Origin: an uncultured Candidatus Binatia bacterium
GTDB taxonomy: Bacteria; Desulfobacterota; Binatia; UBA9968; JAJDTQ01
Reading direction: 5' to 3'
DNA: 64,000 nt
NCBI GenBank assembly: GCA_965242525.1
Contig: OZ251459.1
Location: forward strand, 1,024,001 to 1,088,000
This document shows, one piece after another, positions 1 to 9,815 of the stretch (the first letter of the stretch is position 1; every line of letters starts with the position of its first letter). Both the position numbers and the translations under genes were made by a program. The notes under the pieces were generated by a model. That model had not been told where the DNA came from. It made no database searches and saw only the letters and a program-made list of their open reading frames with translations.

Positions 1-3
1 GGC

Positions 4-789
4 ATGCTGAGCTATGCGGTCTTCCTGCTGCTCCGGGGCGCGGCGTCGCGCAGCACGTGGCTGCTCCTGTCCTGTCCCGTATTCAAATGGACGGCCGCGT
101 GCTCGCTGGCGCCGGTGATGCTGTACGCCGCCCTGGCCGGCGCCCGGGTCCCCACGGTGCGCGCGGCCATCATGATCGCCCTGTACCAGTTGGCGGTGCT
201 CACGGGACGCCGCGCGAGCGTGCTCGGGGCCGTGGCCGTCGCCGCGGCCATGGCCGCCCTCTACTGGCCCGGAGCGGTCATGGAAGTCTCGTTCCAGCTT
301 TCCTTCCTGGCCGTGCTCTCCATCGTCGGCGCCCTGAGGCTGTTCCGGCACACTCCCCTGCTGCAACCCCCCGGCCCGGGGGAGAAGGGAAGGTTCCCGC
401 GGCTGAAGCGCGGCGTCCTGCTGTCCATACTGGTGCCGTTCTTCGCCACCCTGGGAACCGGACCCCTCATCGCCCACTACTTCGGATACCTGTCGCTGGC
501 GGGACTCGTCGCCAACCCCGCGCTCGTTCCCCTGGTGGGCTTCGTCATCGTGCCCGGCGGCTTGCTGACGGGTTTCCTGTCCCTGTTCTTCCCCGCGGGG
601 TCGTTGCTGGTTGCCCGGCTGGTCGAGCCGTTCGCGTCGCTGCTCCTCGGCGCAGTCAGGCTCCTTGCGGACGCGCCCATGGCCGCAGTGCCGCTGCCGA
701 AACCCGGCTGGGCCGCGGTCGCACTGGCCTACCTCGTGATCCTCTTCGCCCTCTGGCAGGCAAGCCGCATACGGCCGAGAGCAGCGTAG
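4..789 (+). CDS. comEC: ComEC/Rec2 competence membrane protein, 3' part (5' end lies outside the window)
   Basis: Motifs GARVPTVRAAIM, SFQLSFLAV and GLVANPALVP in a hydrophobic protein. No C-terminal metallo-beta-lactamase domain is visible. Confidence 0.85.
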   Translation: MLSYAVFLLLRGAASRSTWLLLSCPVFKWTAACSLAPVMLYAALAGARVPTVRAAIMIALYQLAVLTGRRASVLGAVAVAAAMAALYWPGAVMEVSFQLSFLAVLSIVGALRLFRHTPLLQPPGPGEKGRFPRLKRGVLLSILVPFFATLGTGPLIAHYFGYLSLAGLVANPALVPLVGFVIVPGGLLTGFLSLFFPAGSLLVARLVEPFASLLLGAVRLLADAPMAAVPLPKPGWAAVALAYLVILFALWQASRIRPRAA

Positions 790-839
790 CCGAACCGGGA
801 GGTTTTGACCCCTCCCCGGCAAGGGGTTATGGTATCCCC

Positions 840-2411
840 ATGAGCCTTCCCGAAGACAGCGCCGCCAAGCGCAAGCTGCCCATCGGCGTCCAGACCTTCC
901 GCGAAGTCCGCGAAGAAGGCTACTACTACGTGGACAAGACCGCCTGGGTCCGGCGGTTGGTGGACGGGGGCAAGCACTACTTCCTCTCCCGCCCCCGGCG
1001 CTTCGGCAAGAGCCTGCTGCTGGACACCATCAAGGAACTGTTCCAGGGCAGCGAGGAACTCTTCCGGGGACTCGCCATCCACGACCAATGGGATTGGGAC
1101 GCGCGCTTCCCGGTGGTGCGGCTGGACTTCAGCGTGGGACCCTTCGACGAGCCGGGGCTGGCGGACAGGGAGGCCATGATCCAGTTGGACCTCATCGAAA
1201 GGGAGGCCGGGGTCGAAGCCCGCTACGATACGGCGCCGGACCGTTTCCGGCATTTGCTGGAGACCCTGCACAAGCGCAGCGGGCAACGGGTGGCGGTATT
1301 GGTGGACGAGTACGACAAGCCGATCCTCGACGTGCTGGACGCGCCCGAGATGGCCAAGGCCAACCGCAGTTTCCTGCGCAACCTGTACTCCGTCATCAAG
1401 TTCAGCGACGCCCACGTCAAGTTCACCTTGCTCACTGGCGTGAGCAAGTTCTCCAAGGTGAGCCTCTTCTCCGGCCTCAACAACCTGAAGGACATCACCC
1501 TGGACCCGCGCTATTCCGCGGTCTGCGGCTACACCGACCGGGACCTGGACGCCGTGTTCGCGCCCGAACTCCCCGGCCTGGACCGGGACGAGGTACGCCG
1601 CTGGTACAACGGCTACTCCTGGCAGGGCGACGAGAAGGTTTACAACCCCTTCGACGTCCTGCTGCTGTTCGACACCCGCAAGTTCGAGGCCCACTGGTTC
1701 GAGACCGGCTCCCCCAAGTTCCTCATCGACCTCCTGATGGAGCGCCGCGTCTCCACCCTGGACCTGGAACGCATGGCCGGCAACGAGACCCTGCTGTCGG
1801 CCTTCGACGTGGGTGAAATGGCCACCGAGGCCCTCCTGTTCCAGACCGGCTACCTCACCATCCTGGACGCGGATGACCGGAACGGACGCACCCGCTACCG
1901 CCTGGGCTATCCCAACCAGGAAGTGCGCGAGAGCCTCAACGAGCGTTTGCTCATGGCCCTGCTGCCCGACGCCTCGAGGAAACTGGCGGACCAAGGCTCC
2001 CTGCGGGAACTGCTGGCCGCCAACGACTTCGCCGGCCTGGAAGCCCTGTTCCGGTCCATCTTCGCCGGCATCCCCTACGAGTGGCACGTCAAGAACGCCA
2101 TCCAGAAGTACGAGGGCTACTACGCCAGCGTGGTCTATTCCTGTTTCGCCGCCCAGGGCCTGGATCTGATCGCCGAGGAGAGTTCGAGCGCGGGCCGCGC
2201 GGACATGACCGTGCGCTTCGACGGCAGGATCTACCTGTTCGAGTTCAAGACCGTGGACAAGGAACCCACCGGGGAGGCCATGCGGCAACTCAGGGAGAAG
2301 GGCTACGCGGACAAGTACCGCAGCATGGGCCAACCCGTCCGCCTCATCGGCGTGGAGTTCAGCAAGCACGACCGAAACCTCGCCGCCTTCGAGGTGGAGC
2401 AGGTCGCGTAG
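840..2411 (+). CDS. AAA-ATPase-like protein with C-terminal PD-(D/E)XK nuclease domain (PDDEXK_9 type)
   Basis: KLPIGVQTF..YYVDKT start, Walker A RPRRFGKS, Walker B LVDEYDKP, C-terminal GRAD..YLFEFK..QLREKGYADKY. ATG at 840. Confidence 0.88.
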   Translation: MSLPEDSAAKRKLPIGVQTFREVREEGYYYVDKTAWVRRLVDGGKHYFLSRPRRFGKSLLLDTIKELFQGSEELFRGLAIHDQWDWDARFPVVRLDFSVGPFDEPGLADREAMIQLDLIEREAGVEARYDTAPDRFRHLLETLHKRSGQRVAVLVDEYDKPILDVLDAPEMAKANRSFLRNLYSVIKFSDAHVKFTLLTGVSKFSKVSLFSGLNNLKDITLDPRYSAVCGYTDRDLDAVFAPELPGLDRDEVRRWYNGYSWQGDEKVYNPFDVLLLFDTRKFEAHWFETGSPKFLIDLLMERRVSTLDLERMAGNETLLSAFDVGEMATEALLFQTGYLTILDADDRNGRTRYRLGYPNQEVRESLNERLLMALLPDASRKLADQGSLRELLAANDFAGLEALFRSIFAGIPYEWHVKNAIQKYEGYYASVVYSCFAAQGLDLIAEESSSAGRADMTVRFDGRIYLFEFKTVDKEPTGEAMRQLREKGYADKYRSMGQPVRLIGVEFSKHDRNLAAFEVEQVA

Positions 2412-2522
2412 GGTTCAAGTGATCAGCGACATCAACATGCTCTCATTCCGGGGCAAGGCACATCCCCTTGACCCTGCCGCGGCCAGGGGACGGAAAGACG
2501 CGGGAAGGGAGGGAGACACGCA

Positions 2523-2882
2523 ATGACGGAGTTCGAAGCCGCAACACTGGCGCTACAGCAGCAACAGCTTTGGGCCGCTATCGCCATCCCGCTTGTCACC
2601 GGACTGGTGGGCCTTGGTCAGATCCTCATCGTCCACCACGGGATCGGGGTCATGGACAGGGCCAACAGGGACCGCGCCCGCCAAGTCGAAACGCAACGCG
2701 TCGAAGCTGACCAGCGCCACGCCGAAGCAATGGCCGCCCTCCAAGCGCTCATCAAGGGCATGGAGCAGCAAGGCGAATCCTTGCGCGCCGCGGTCAAGGG
2801 CATGGAGCAGCAGGGCGAATCCCTGCGCGCCGTGATCAAGGGCATGGAGACCGTCATCGAACGGACCGTGCCGAAGGGTTGA
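2523..2882 (+). CDS. Small hypothetical protein: one TM segment plus coiled coil with a 14-aa tandem repeat
   Basis: GGAG upstream, hydrophobic N-terminal segment, repeat (I/V)KGMEQQGESLRA. Confidence 0.7.
   Translation: MTEFEAATLALQQQQLWAAIAIPLVTGLVGLGQILIVHHGIGVMDRANRDRARQVETQRVEADQRHAEAMAALQALIKGMEQQGESLRAAVKGMEQQGESLRAVIKGMETVIERTVPKG
2751..2849 (+). repeat. 42-bp coding tandem repeat, about 2.4 copies
   Basis: Unit (a/g)tcaagggcatggagcagca(a/g)ggcgaatcc(t/c)tgcgcgccg(c/t)g. Confidence 0.9.
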
Positions 2883-2995
2883 CCGCGCCACCCGGTCCCG
2901 TCTTCGATGGCGGGGCCGGGCCCACTTCCTCCGCCCGCCCGGTCCATCCTGTCCGTGTTCCCTGCAAATGCGGAGCCGGCACAGGGCGGCTTTCG

Positions 2996-3024
2996 TTGAC
3001 TTTCCCGTGAGCCTCTGTTAGCTC
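2996..3024 (+). promoter_or_regulatory. Possible sigma70 promoter for hisS-aspS
   Basis: TTGACT followed by a weak, possibly extended -10 (TGTTAGCT). Confidence 0.35.
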
Positions 3025-3096
3025 GGATGGACCCCGTTTCCATGCCGTGCGGCGGGTTCTCGCTGCCCGGACAAGCTCCCAGGCGCCCGTGTGCGT

Positions 3097-4389
3097 ATGA
3101 AACTGACTCGAATCAAGGGATTCTCGGACGTTCTGCCCGGCGAGGTCGAGACTTGGCAAAGGATCGAAAGCGCGGCGCAACGGGTATTTGCCTGCTACAA
3201 CTTCAAGGAGATCCGAATCCCCGTGCTGGAGAAGTCGGAGCTCTTCTCGCGCTCCCTGGGGGAGTCCACGGACGTCATCGAGAAGGAGATGTACACTTTC
3301 GCGGACCGGGACGCCAAGGCGACGCTCCTGAGCCTGAGGCCCGAAGGCACCGCGGGAGTCGTTCGAGCCTATGGAGAAGGAAAACTCCACCAGGTCGAGC
3401 CGGTTCGCAAGCTCTACTACCTGGGTCCGATGTTCCGGCGGGAGCGGCCGCAGAAGGGGAGGCTGCGGCAGTTCCACCAGATCGGCGCCGAGGTCTTCGG
3501 GCGCACCGACCCCTTCATCGACGCGGAGCTCCTGCTGCTGCTGCGGGACCTGTTCGAGGAACTGGGGTTGGAGGACGCGGCGCTGGAGCTCAACTCCATC
3601 GGCTGCGGCGAGTGCCGTCCCGGGTACCGCGCCGCCCTGGTGGACTTCCTGGAATCGTGGCGAGGGGAGCTGTGCGTCGATTGCGACCGCCGGCTGGCCG
3701 CCAACCCGTTGCGGGTGCTGGACTGCAAACGGGACTCTTGCGCCGAGACCGTGAAGGCCGCGCCATCCATCCTCGCGCACCTGTGCGCGGACTGCCGGCG
3801 CCACTTCGACACGGTGCGGGACCTGACGCGGGACGTCCGTCCGGAGCCGGTGGTCAACGGCCGCCTGGTGCGCGGCCTGGACTACTATTGCCGCACCACG
3901 TTCGAGTGGAAGAGCGCGGGTCTCGGCAGCCAGAACACCGTGGCCGCGGGCGGCCGATACGACGGGCTGGTGGAGACTCTGGGCGGGCCGCGGGTGGCCG
4001 GAGTCGGCTTTGCCCTGGGGGTAGAACGGCTGTCGCTGCTGCTTTCGGGCGGTGAGGCCGCCGCGGCCCCGCTGCTGTACGTGGCCTGGATGGGGGACGA
4101 GGCGCAACGCTGGGCGTTCTCCCTGGCCCAGCGGATTCGCCGGCGGGGGGTGCGGGTGGACATGGAAGGGGAGGGGAGGAGCCTCAAGAGCCAGATGAGG
4201 CGCGCGGACAAGCTGGGGGCCGCCGCGGTGCTCATGGTGGGCCCCGACGAGACCGCCAGGGGGAAGGCCGCGGTGCGCCGCATGGCCACCGGGGAACAGT
4301 TCGAGGTGGATTTCGCCGACGCCGACGAAAGCCTGGTCGAGCGCTTCGGCCCGCCTCGCCAACCGCAGGCTTCCGGGCGGGACACGTGA
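3097..4389 (+). CDS. hisS: Histidine--tRNA ligase
   Basis: LRPEGTAG, FRRERPQKGRLRQFHQ, LVRGLDYY, GGRYDGL and GFALGVERL motifs. Confidence 0.97.
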   Translation: MKLTRIKGFSDVLPGEVETWQRIESAAQRVFACYNFKEIRIPVLEKSELFSRSLGESTDVIEKEMYTFADRDAKATLLSLRPEGTAGVVRAYGEGKLHQVEPVRKLYYLGPMFRRERPQKGRLRQFHQIGAEVFGRTDPFIDAELLLLLRDLFEELGLEDAALELNSIGCGECRPGYRAALVDFLESWRGELCVDCDRRLAANPLRVLDCKRDSCAETVKAAPSILAHLCADCRRHFDTVRDLTRDVRPEPVVNGRLVRGLDYYCRTTFEWKSAGLGSQNTVAAGGRYDGLVETLGGPRVAGVGFALGVERLSLLLSGGEAAAAPLLYVAWMGDEAQRWAFSLAQRIRRRGVRVDMEGEGRSLKSQMRRADKLGAAAVLMVGPDETARGKAAVRRMATGEQFEVDFADADESLVERFGPPRQPQASGRDT

Positions 4390-4439
4390 ACTTAAAGTAA
4401 TTATTGGAACATAGGAGCAACTACTTGAAATCCGACAGA

Positions 4440-6227
4440 ATGACATTGGATTCCATCGGTGATTGGCGGCGAAGCTGCCGCTGCGGCGAGCCGCGGGAGC
4501 CCGACGTGGGCCGCGAGCTCACCTTGATGGGCTGGACCCAGTCCCTCCGGGACCACGGCGGCTTGCTGTTCATCGACCTTCGGGACCGCGCCGGCGTGGT
4601 GCAGGTGGTGGTGAACCCCGAGGTGACGCCGGAGGCCCACGAAAAGGCCAGGAAGGCGCGTTCCGAGGACGTGCTCGCGGTGCGGGGGCCGCTGGTGAGC
4701 CGTTCGGCCGAGACCGTGAACCCCAACATCCCCACCGGCGCGGTGGAGCTCATGGCCCGGGAGCTGCGCGTGCTCAACGTCTCGCGGGTGCCGCCGTTCC
4801 CCATCGACGACGATGTGGATCCCACCGAGACCAGCCGTTTCCGGTATCGCTACCTGGACCTGAGGCGTCCTCGCAGCCTGCGGCCGCTGGAGGTCCGCCA
4901 TCGCATGCTGGCCGCGGTCCGCCGCCACCTGGACGACCTGTCGTTCCTGGAGGTGGAGACCCCCATACTCACCAAGAGCACGCCGGAGGGGGCCCGCGAC
5001 TACTTGGTGCCCAGCAGGATGCACCCGGGCAAGTTCTACGCCCTGCCGCAATCGCCGCAACTCTTCAAGCAGACCCTCATGGTGGGCGGGGTGGACCGCT
5101 ATTTCCAGGTGGTGCGCTGCTTCCGGGACGAAGACCTGCGCATGGACAGGCAGCCCGAGTTCACCCAGCTCGATATCGAGATGTCCTTCGTGCAGCCGGA
5201 GGACGTCTTCGCAATGGTCGAAGGCATGATGGCCAGGGTGTTCCGGGAGGTCCGGGGGGTCGAGCTGGAGACGCCCTTCCCCCGCCTCGGTTGGGACTCG
5301 GCCATGTCGCGCTACGGGACGGACAGGCCGGACCTCCGCTTCCGCCTGGAGCTGGTAGAGTTGTCGGACCGGTTCCGGGACTCCAAGGTGGGCATTTTCA
5401 CCCGGGCCCTGGCCGCGGGGGGCATCGTCAAGGGATTCAAGGCGCCGGGGGCCGGTGACCTGTCGCGCAAGGAGCTCGACGACCTCACCGGCCTGGTGGG
5501 CCGCTACGGCGCCAAGGGGCTGGCGTGGATCAAGGTGTCGGAGGGCGAATGGCAGTCGCCCCTGGCGAAGTTCCTGGGCGACGGCGAGAAGGACGCCCTC
5601 CGGGAGTTGACCCAGGCCCGGCCGGGGGACGTGATCTTCCTGCTGGCCGACGCCCCGCACGTGGTCAACGAAGGGCTGGCCAACCTGCGCCTGGAGATGG
5701 GCAGACGGCTGGGGCTGGTCGGGGAGGGCCTCCTTGCCTTCTCGTGGATCGTCGATTTCCCGCTGGTGGAATGGAAGGCGTCGGAAGGCCGTTATACCGC
5801 GGTCCACCATCCCTTCACCGCGCCCAGGGACGAAGACCTGCCGCTCCTCAGGGAAGACCCCGCGCGGGTGAGGTCCCGCGCCTACGACCTGGTGCTCAAC
5901 GGCATGGAGCTGGGCGGCGGCAGTATCCGTATCCATTCGCCGGAACTCCAGCGGGAGGTGCTTTCCCTGCTGGACGTGGGGCCGGAGACCATGGACGAGC
6001 AGTTCGGCTTCCTGCTGGAAGCCCTGGAACTGGGCGCTCCGCCCCACGGCGGCATCGCCTTCGGCGTCGATCGCCTGGCCATGCTCCTGAGCGACTCCCC
6101 GGCCATCCGGGACGTCATCGCGTTCCCCAAGAGCCAGCGGGCCGTGTGCATGTTGACGGACGCCCCCACCCGGGTGGACTCTCGCCAACTCTCGGAGTTG
6201 CAGATACGGAGCCTGGCGGACCCCTGA
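4440..6227 (+). CDS. aspS: Aspartate--tRNA ligase (probably non-discriminating)
   Basis: [35 protein letters not shown] and [14 protein letters not shown] motifs. Confidence 0.97.
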   Translation: MTLDSIGDWRRSCRCGEPREPDVGRELTLMGWTQSLRDHGGLLFIDLRDRAGVVQVVVNPEVTPEAHEKARKARSEDVLAVRGPLVSRSAETVNPNIPTGAVELMARELRVLNVSRVPPFPIDDDVDPTETSRFRYRYLDLRRPRSLRPLEVRHRMLAAVRRHLDDLSFLEVETPILTKSTPEGARDYLVPSRMHPGKFYALPQSPQLFKQTLMVGGVDRYFQVVRCFRDEDLRMDRQPEFTQLDIEMSFVQPEDVFAMVEGMMARVFREVRGVELETPFPRLGWDSAMSRYGTDRPDLRFRLELVELSDRFRDSKVGIFTRALAAGGIVKGFKAPGAGDLSRKELDDLTGLVGRYGAKGLAWIKVSEGEWQSPLAKFLGDGEKDALRELTQARPGDVIFLLADAPHVVNEGLANLRLEMGRRLGLVGEGLLAFSWIVDFPLVEWKASEGRYTAVHHPFTAPRDEDLPLLREDPARVRSRAYDLVLNGMELGGGSIRIHSPELQREVLSLLDVGPETMDEQFGFLLEALELGAPPHGGIAFGVDRLAMLLSDSPAIRDVIAFPKSQRAVCMLTDAPTRVDSRQLSELQIRSLADP

Positions 6228-6252
6228 CCCCCTGCAAGGGAACGTCCGGTTG

Positions 6253-6798
6253 CTAGTCCCTGCCGGCCGGGGCGGCCCGGAAGCGTGAAAGCTCGGTCAG
6301 GTAGGTCAGGGTCGAGAGGTCGGGCATGCGGTCTAGGAAGATCCGGCCCCGCAGGTGGTCCACCTCGTGCTGGATGACCCGGGCATGGAACCCCGAGGCG
6401 GTGAAGTCGAGATCGTTCCCGTCACGGTCCAGCGCGGTCACCCGCAGGCGCCGGTAACGGGGCACCCTGCCGCGCAACTCCGGGATGCTCAGGCATCCTT
6501 CCCAGTCGTCCTCGGTCTCGTCGCCCAGCGGGAAGATCCTGGGGTTGATCAGGACCGAGAGCGGCACCGGCGCCTTTCCCGGATAACGGGCGTTGTCCGC
6601 CACCTCCAGGACCGCTACCTGCCTGGGTTCGTGGACCTGCACCGCGGCGAGGCCCACCCCCTGGTACTCGCGCATGGTCGCCACCATGTCGTCGATGAAC
6701 CGCTGGAAGCGCTCCTCGCCCGCCTCCGCGGCCGGAACTTCCGCCGCGGGCGCACGCAACACCGGATGGCCGAGCCGCGCCACCTTGAGGATGGCCAT
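6253..6798 (-). CDS. def: Peptide deformylase
   Basis: GVGLAAVQ, EGCLS and QHEVDHL motifs. Start MAILKVARLGHP at 6798. Confidence 0.95.
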   Translation of the reverse strand: MAILKVARLGHPVLRAPAAEVPAAEAGEERFQRFIDDMVATMREYQGVGLAAVQVHEPRQVAVLEVADNARYPGKAPVPLSVLINPRIFPLGDETEDDWEGCLSIPELRGRVPRYRRLRVTALDRDGNDLDFTASGFHARVIQHEVDHLRGRIFLDRMPDLSTLTYLTELSRFRAAPAGRD

Positions 6799-6835
6799 TA
6801 CGGACGGGTAGCATACCGGACTTGCGGTCTTCAAG

Positions 6836-6918
6836 GTGGAGTCGCGGGAACATGTTCCCGGGCAGCATGTTCCCGGATCCATCGTGGAGTCGCAGCAACA
6901 TGTTCCCGGATCCATCGC
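6836..6918. repeat. Short repeat/palindrome cluster upstream of def
   Basis: CATGTTCCCGG x3, GTGGAGTCGC x2, and a perfect palindrome CGGGAACATGTTCCCG at 6845-6860. Confidence 0.8.
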
Positions 6919-6974
6919 CGGGCAGCGCCAACACGGGGGACTCCCGATGGGTAATCCTCCCTCACCCTGCCCAT

Positions 6975-7014
6975 CCCCGTTCGTCCTGAGCGTAGCGAAG
7001 CGAAGTCGAAGGAC
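6975..7014 (-). repeat. Family A core repeat
   Basis: CCGTTCGTCCTGAGCGTAGCGAAGCGAAGTCGAAGGAC. About 11 related copies occur in the window. Confidence 0.92.
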
Positions 7015-7920
7015 CCCGCTCTCCCTCTGGAAAAGGATCGGGAGAGGGCGCGGGCATGATGTGTAGTGCTTGTATGTGGGGCCGAGCTCGACGACAAAGG
7101 AGACGATGGTAGCAGCCAACGACACGAACCTGACGGCCGCGGCCGAAACGTACTTTGCCGACTTGGGGCGGGTGCGGGCCTCGGGCGGGGCCACCGGGGA
7201 GCGGTCGAGCTACGGACCGCTGGCGAACCTGCTCAACGCCGCGGGCGCGTCCCTCAAGCCCAAGGTGTTCTGCGTCGGCGAACTGGCTGACCAAGGCGCG
7301 GGCCATCCCGACTTCGGCATCTACGCGGCGAAACAGGTTCAGCGGGGCCAACCACGCGAGGGCCAGACGCCGGAGCGTGGCGTGGTGGAAGTGAAAGCCG
7401 CGGACGATGACGCATGGCTCACAGCGGCGGGCGACCAGGTAAGCCGCTATTGGGGCCGCTATCGCTTGGTGCTGGTCACCAACACCCGCGACTTCGTGCT
7501 GGTGGGCGAAGACACCGCGGGCCGTGCTGCGAAGCTCGAAACCTTCCGTCTGGCGGATGGCGCAGACGACTTCCGCCGCAAGTTGGAGCATCCCCGCTCC
7601 TTTGCCCGGGAGGTGGGCGCGGGCTTGGGCGAGTACCTGTGCCGGGCGCTGTCGCACCGGGCAGCGTTGGCCGAACCCAAAGATTTGGCATGGCTGCTGG
7701 CCTCCTATGCACGGGACGGCTTGGCCCGTGTGGAGGCCGCAGGCGACGCGCCCTCGTTGGAGTTGGTGCGCAAGGCGCTGGAAGAGGCGTTGGGCGTGCG
7801 CTTCGAGGGAGAGAAAGGCGCGCGCTTCTTCCGTTCGACCCTGGTGCAGACGCTCTTCTACGGCGTCTTCTCCGCCTGGGTACTGTGGGCAAGGGCCGGC
7901 AGTCCGAACGTCTCTGCCAA

Positions 7921-9778
7921 CCCAGATTCACCACCAAAAAGGGAGCACCTCGTTGGCGCCCGCAGTGGGGCGGGCTAAGATGGAGTTGAAAGAGAGAAGA
8001 ACCATCACCAACGAGGTGCAAGTATTATGCGGCAAGGACTGTTGGGAATCCAGTACCGGGAAGAGAAAAAGGGGTCGGGGACGACAGGGTTGGCGGGATT
8101 GGGGATGTACGTGGAGATGGCAGAGGGGATGGGTTTGGGGAGGATGGTGGACGAGTATGTGGGAATGCGAGCGGGGGGACAGGGTTGGCGAGACAGCGAC
8201 ATGGTGTTGTGGTTGATGCTGCTGAACCTGGTGGGGGGAGAGTCGGTGAGCGATGTGGAGAGGTTGGAGGGAGACGAGGGGTTGAGGCGAGTGATGGAGG
8301 AGGCGGCGGTGTACGGGATGGGGAGGCGGGAGCGGCAGGAGGTGGGGAAGCGGTGGCGGGTGAAGCGAGAACGAGTGGGGCCTTCGGTGTCGGCGTTGTT
8401 CCGTTATCCGGGAGGGTTCCACGAGGAGGAGGAAGAAGGGAAGCGGGAGGAGCACAAGGCATTCCTGCCGAGGGAGAACAAGTGGTTGCGGGGGTTGTGG
8501 AAGGTGAACGCGGGGATGATCGAGTTTGCGAACCGGCATGGGGGTGAGCAGGTAGCGACGCTGGACATGGATGCGAGCGTGGTGGAGACGCAGAAGCGAG
8601 AGGCGCAGTACAGCTACCGGAAGCGGAAGGCGTACCAGCCATTGACGACGTGGTGGCACGAGGCGGACATGGTGTTGCATTCGGAGTTTCGGGACGGGAA
8701 CGTGCCGGCGGGGTATCAGCAGTTGCGGGTGATGCGGGAGGCCATGGGGTATTTGCCGGAGGGTGTGGAGGAGGTACGGCTACGGTCGGACACTGCGGGG
8801 TATCAGCAGGAGTTGCTGAAGTACTGCGCGGAGGGGAGAGACGAGCGGTTCGGGGTGATCGAGTTTGCGGTGGGAGTGGACGTGACGGTGGAGTTCCGGC
8901 GTGCAGTGGTTCGGGTTCCGGAGGAACAGTGGCAACCGGTGGTTCGAGGGAACGGAGAGGAAGGGAGACAGGAGTGGGCGTAGGTGAACTTCGTGCCGAA
9001 CTGGGTAGCGCAGGGGAAGAAGGAAGCAGTGTACCGGTTCCTGGCCATCCGGGAGAGGATGGTGCAGGCGCCGTTGCCGGGCATGGGAGATCAATGGGAG
9101 CTCCCGTTTCCGGCCATGGAGATGGGCAGTCGGGGATGGTACAAGGTGTTCGGGTTGGTGACCAACCGGGAACTTCCCGGAGAAGAGGTCATCGCATGGT
9201 CTCGGCAGCGGTGCGGCAAGGGGGAGGAAGTTCACAGCGTTCTGAAGCGAGACTTGGCCGGGGGACGGCTTCCGTCGGGGAAGTTCGGAGGGAACGCGGC
9301 CTGGTGGGCGATTGCAGTGCTGGCCTTCAACCTGAACTCGATCATGAAGTGGCTGGTGTGGGGTGGGACGTGGCGCCACAAGCGGCTGAAGGCCATCCGG
9401 TTCGGCCTCGTGGCGCTGGAGGGTCGGGTGGTGCGGCACGCTCGCCGGTGGATATTCTGCCTGGCCCGAGGACATCCCTCGTACCCGGTGCTGCTGCGGG
9501 CCCGGGAGAGGATACGGGAACTGGCCGCCACACCCTCTCTCGCATAGCCCTCACCGAGCCTGTTCTCGCTGGTGGAAGGCGACTCCGCAGAGTCGCAAGG
9601 GCCAGGGCTTGCCCCGCACAGCACCCGTTCGCCTGAAAATCGGGCCAAACGCCAGTAACCAGCCCGTCTGTCCTCACCCGACAACCCACTCCTGCCCTGT
9701 CACACCCTGCAACACCACCTTCCTGTCCCGTTTGCCCCTGCCTACCAACCCCCACTTGGATTAGGTGGTGGATTTGGG
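7921..9778 (+). mobile_element. IS1380-family insertion sequence, 1858 bp
   Basis: Imperfect TIRs CCCAGATTCACCACC (7921-7935) and GGTGGTGGATTTGGG (9764-9778). 4-bp target duplication CCAA (7917-7920 and 9779-9782). Removing it restores the R-M frame (..VSANVPPG..FHWREAVW). Confidence 0.92.
8027..9547 (+). pseudogene. IS1380 DDE transposase with an in-frame TAG at 8981-8983
   Basis: ATLDMDAS, YQPL, EFRDGNVPA, RLRSDTAG, RQRCGKGEEVHSVLK and FGGNAAWW motifs. The two ORFs are in the same frame, separated only by the stop. Confidence 0.88.
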
Positions 9779-9789
9779 CCAACGTCCCC

Positions 9790-9815
9790 CCTGGGAACGC
9801 GGGCATCCCGCCCGC
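9790..9815 (+). repeat. Family D REP-like element read in frame within the R-M gene
   Basis: CCTGGGAACGCGGGCATCCCGCCCGC (PGNAGIPPA). Related to the copies at 11958-11984 (inverted) and 12035-12060. Confidence 0.75.

Noticed and set aside
8981-8983. Programmed readthrough or pyrrolysine at the transposase TAG
   Set aside because: A single GAG>TAG nonsense change (QEWA-E-V) explains it, and no recoding machinery is visible.
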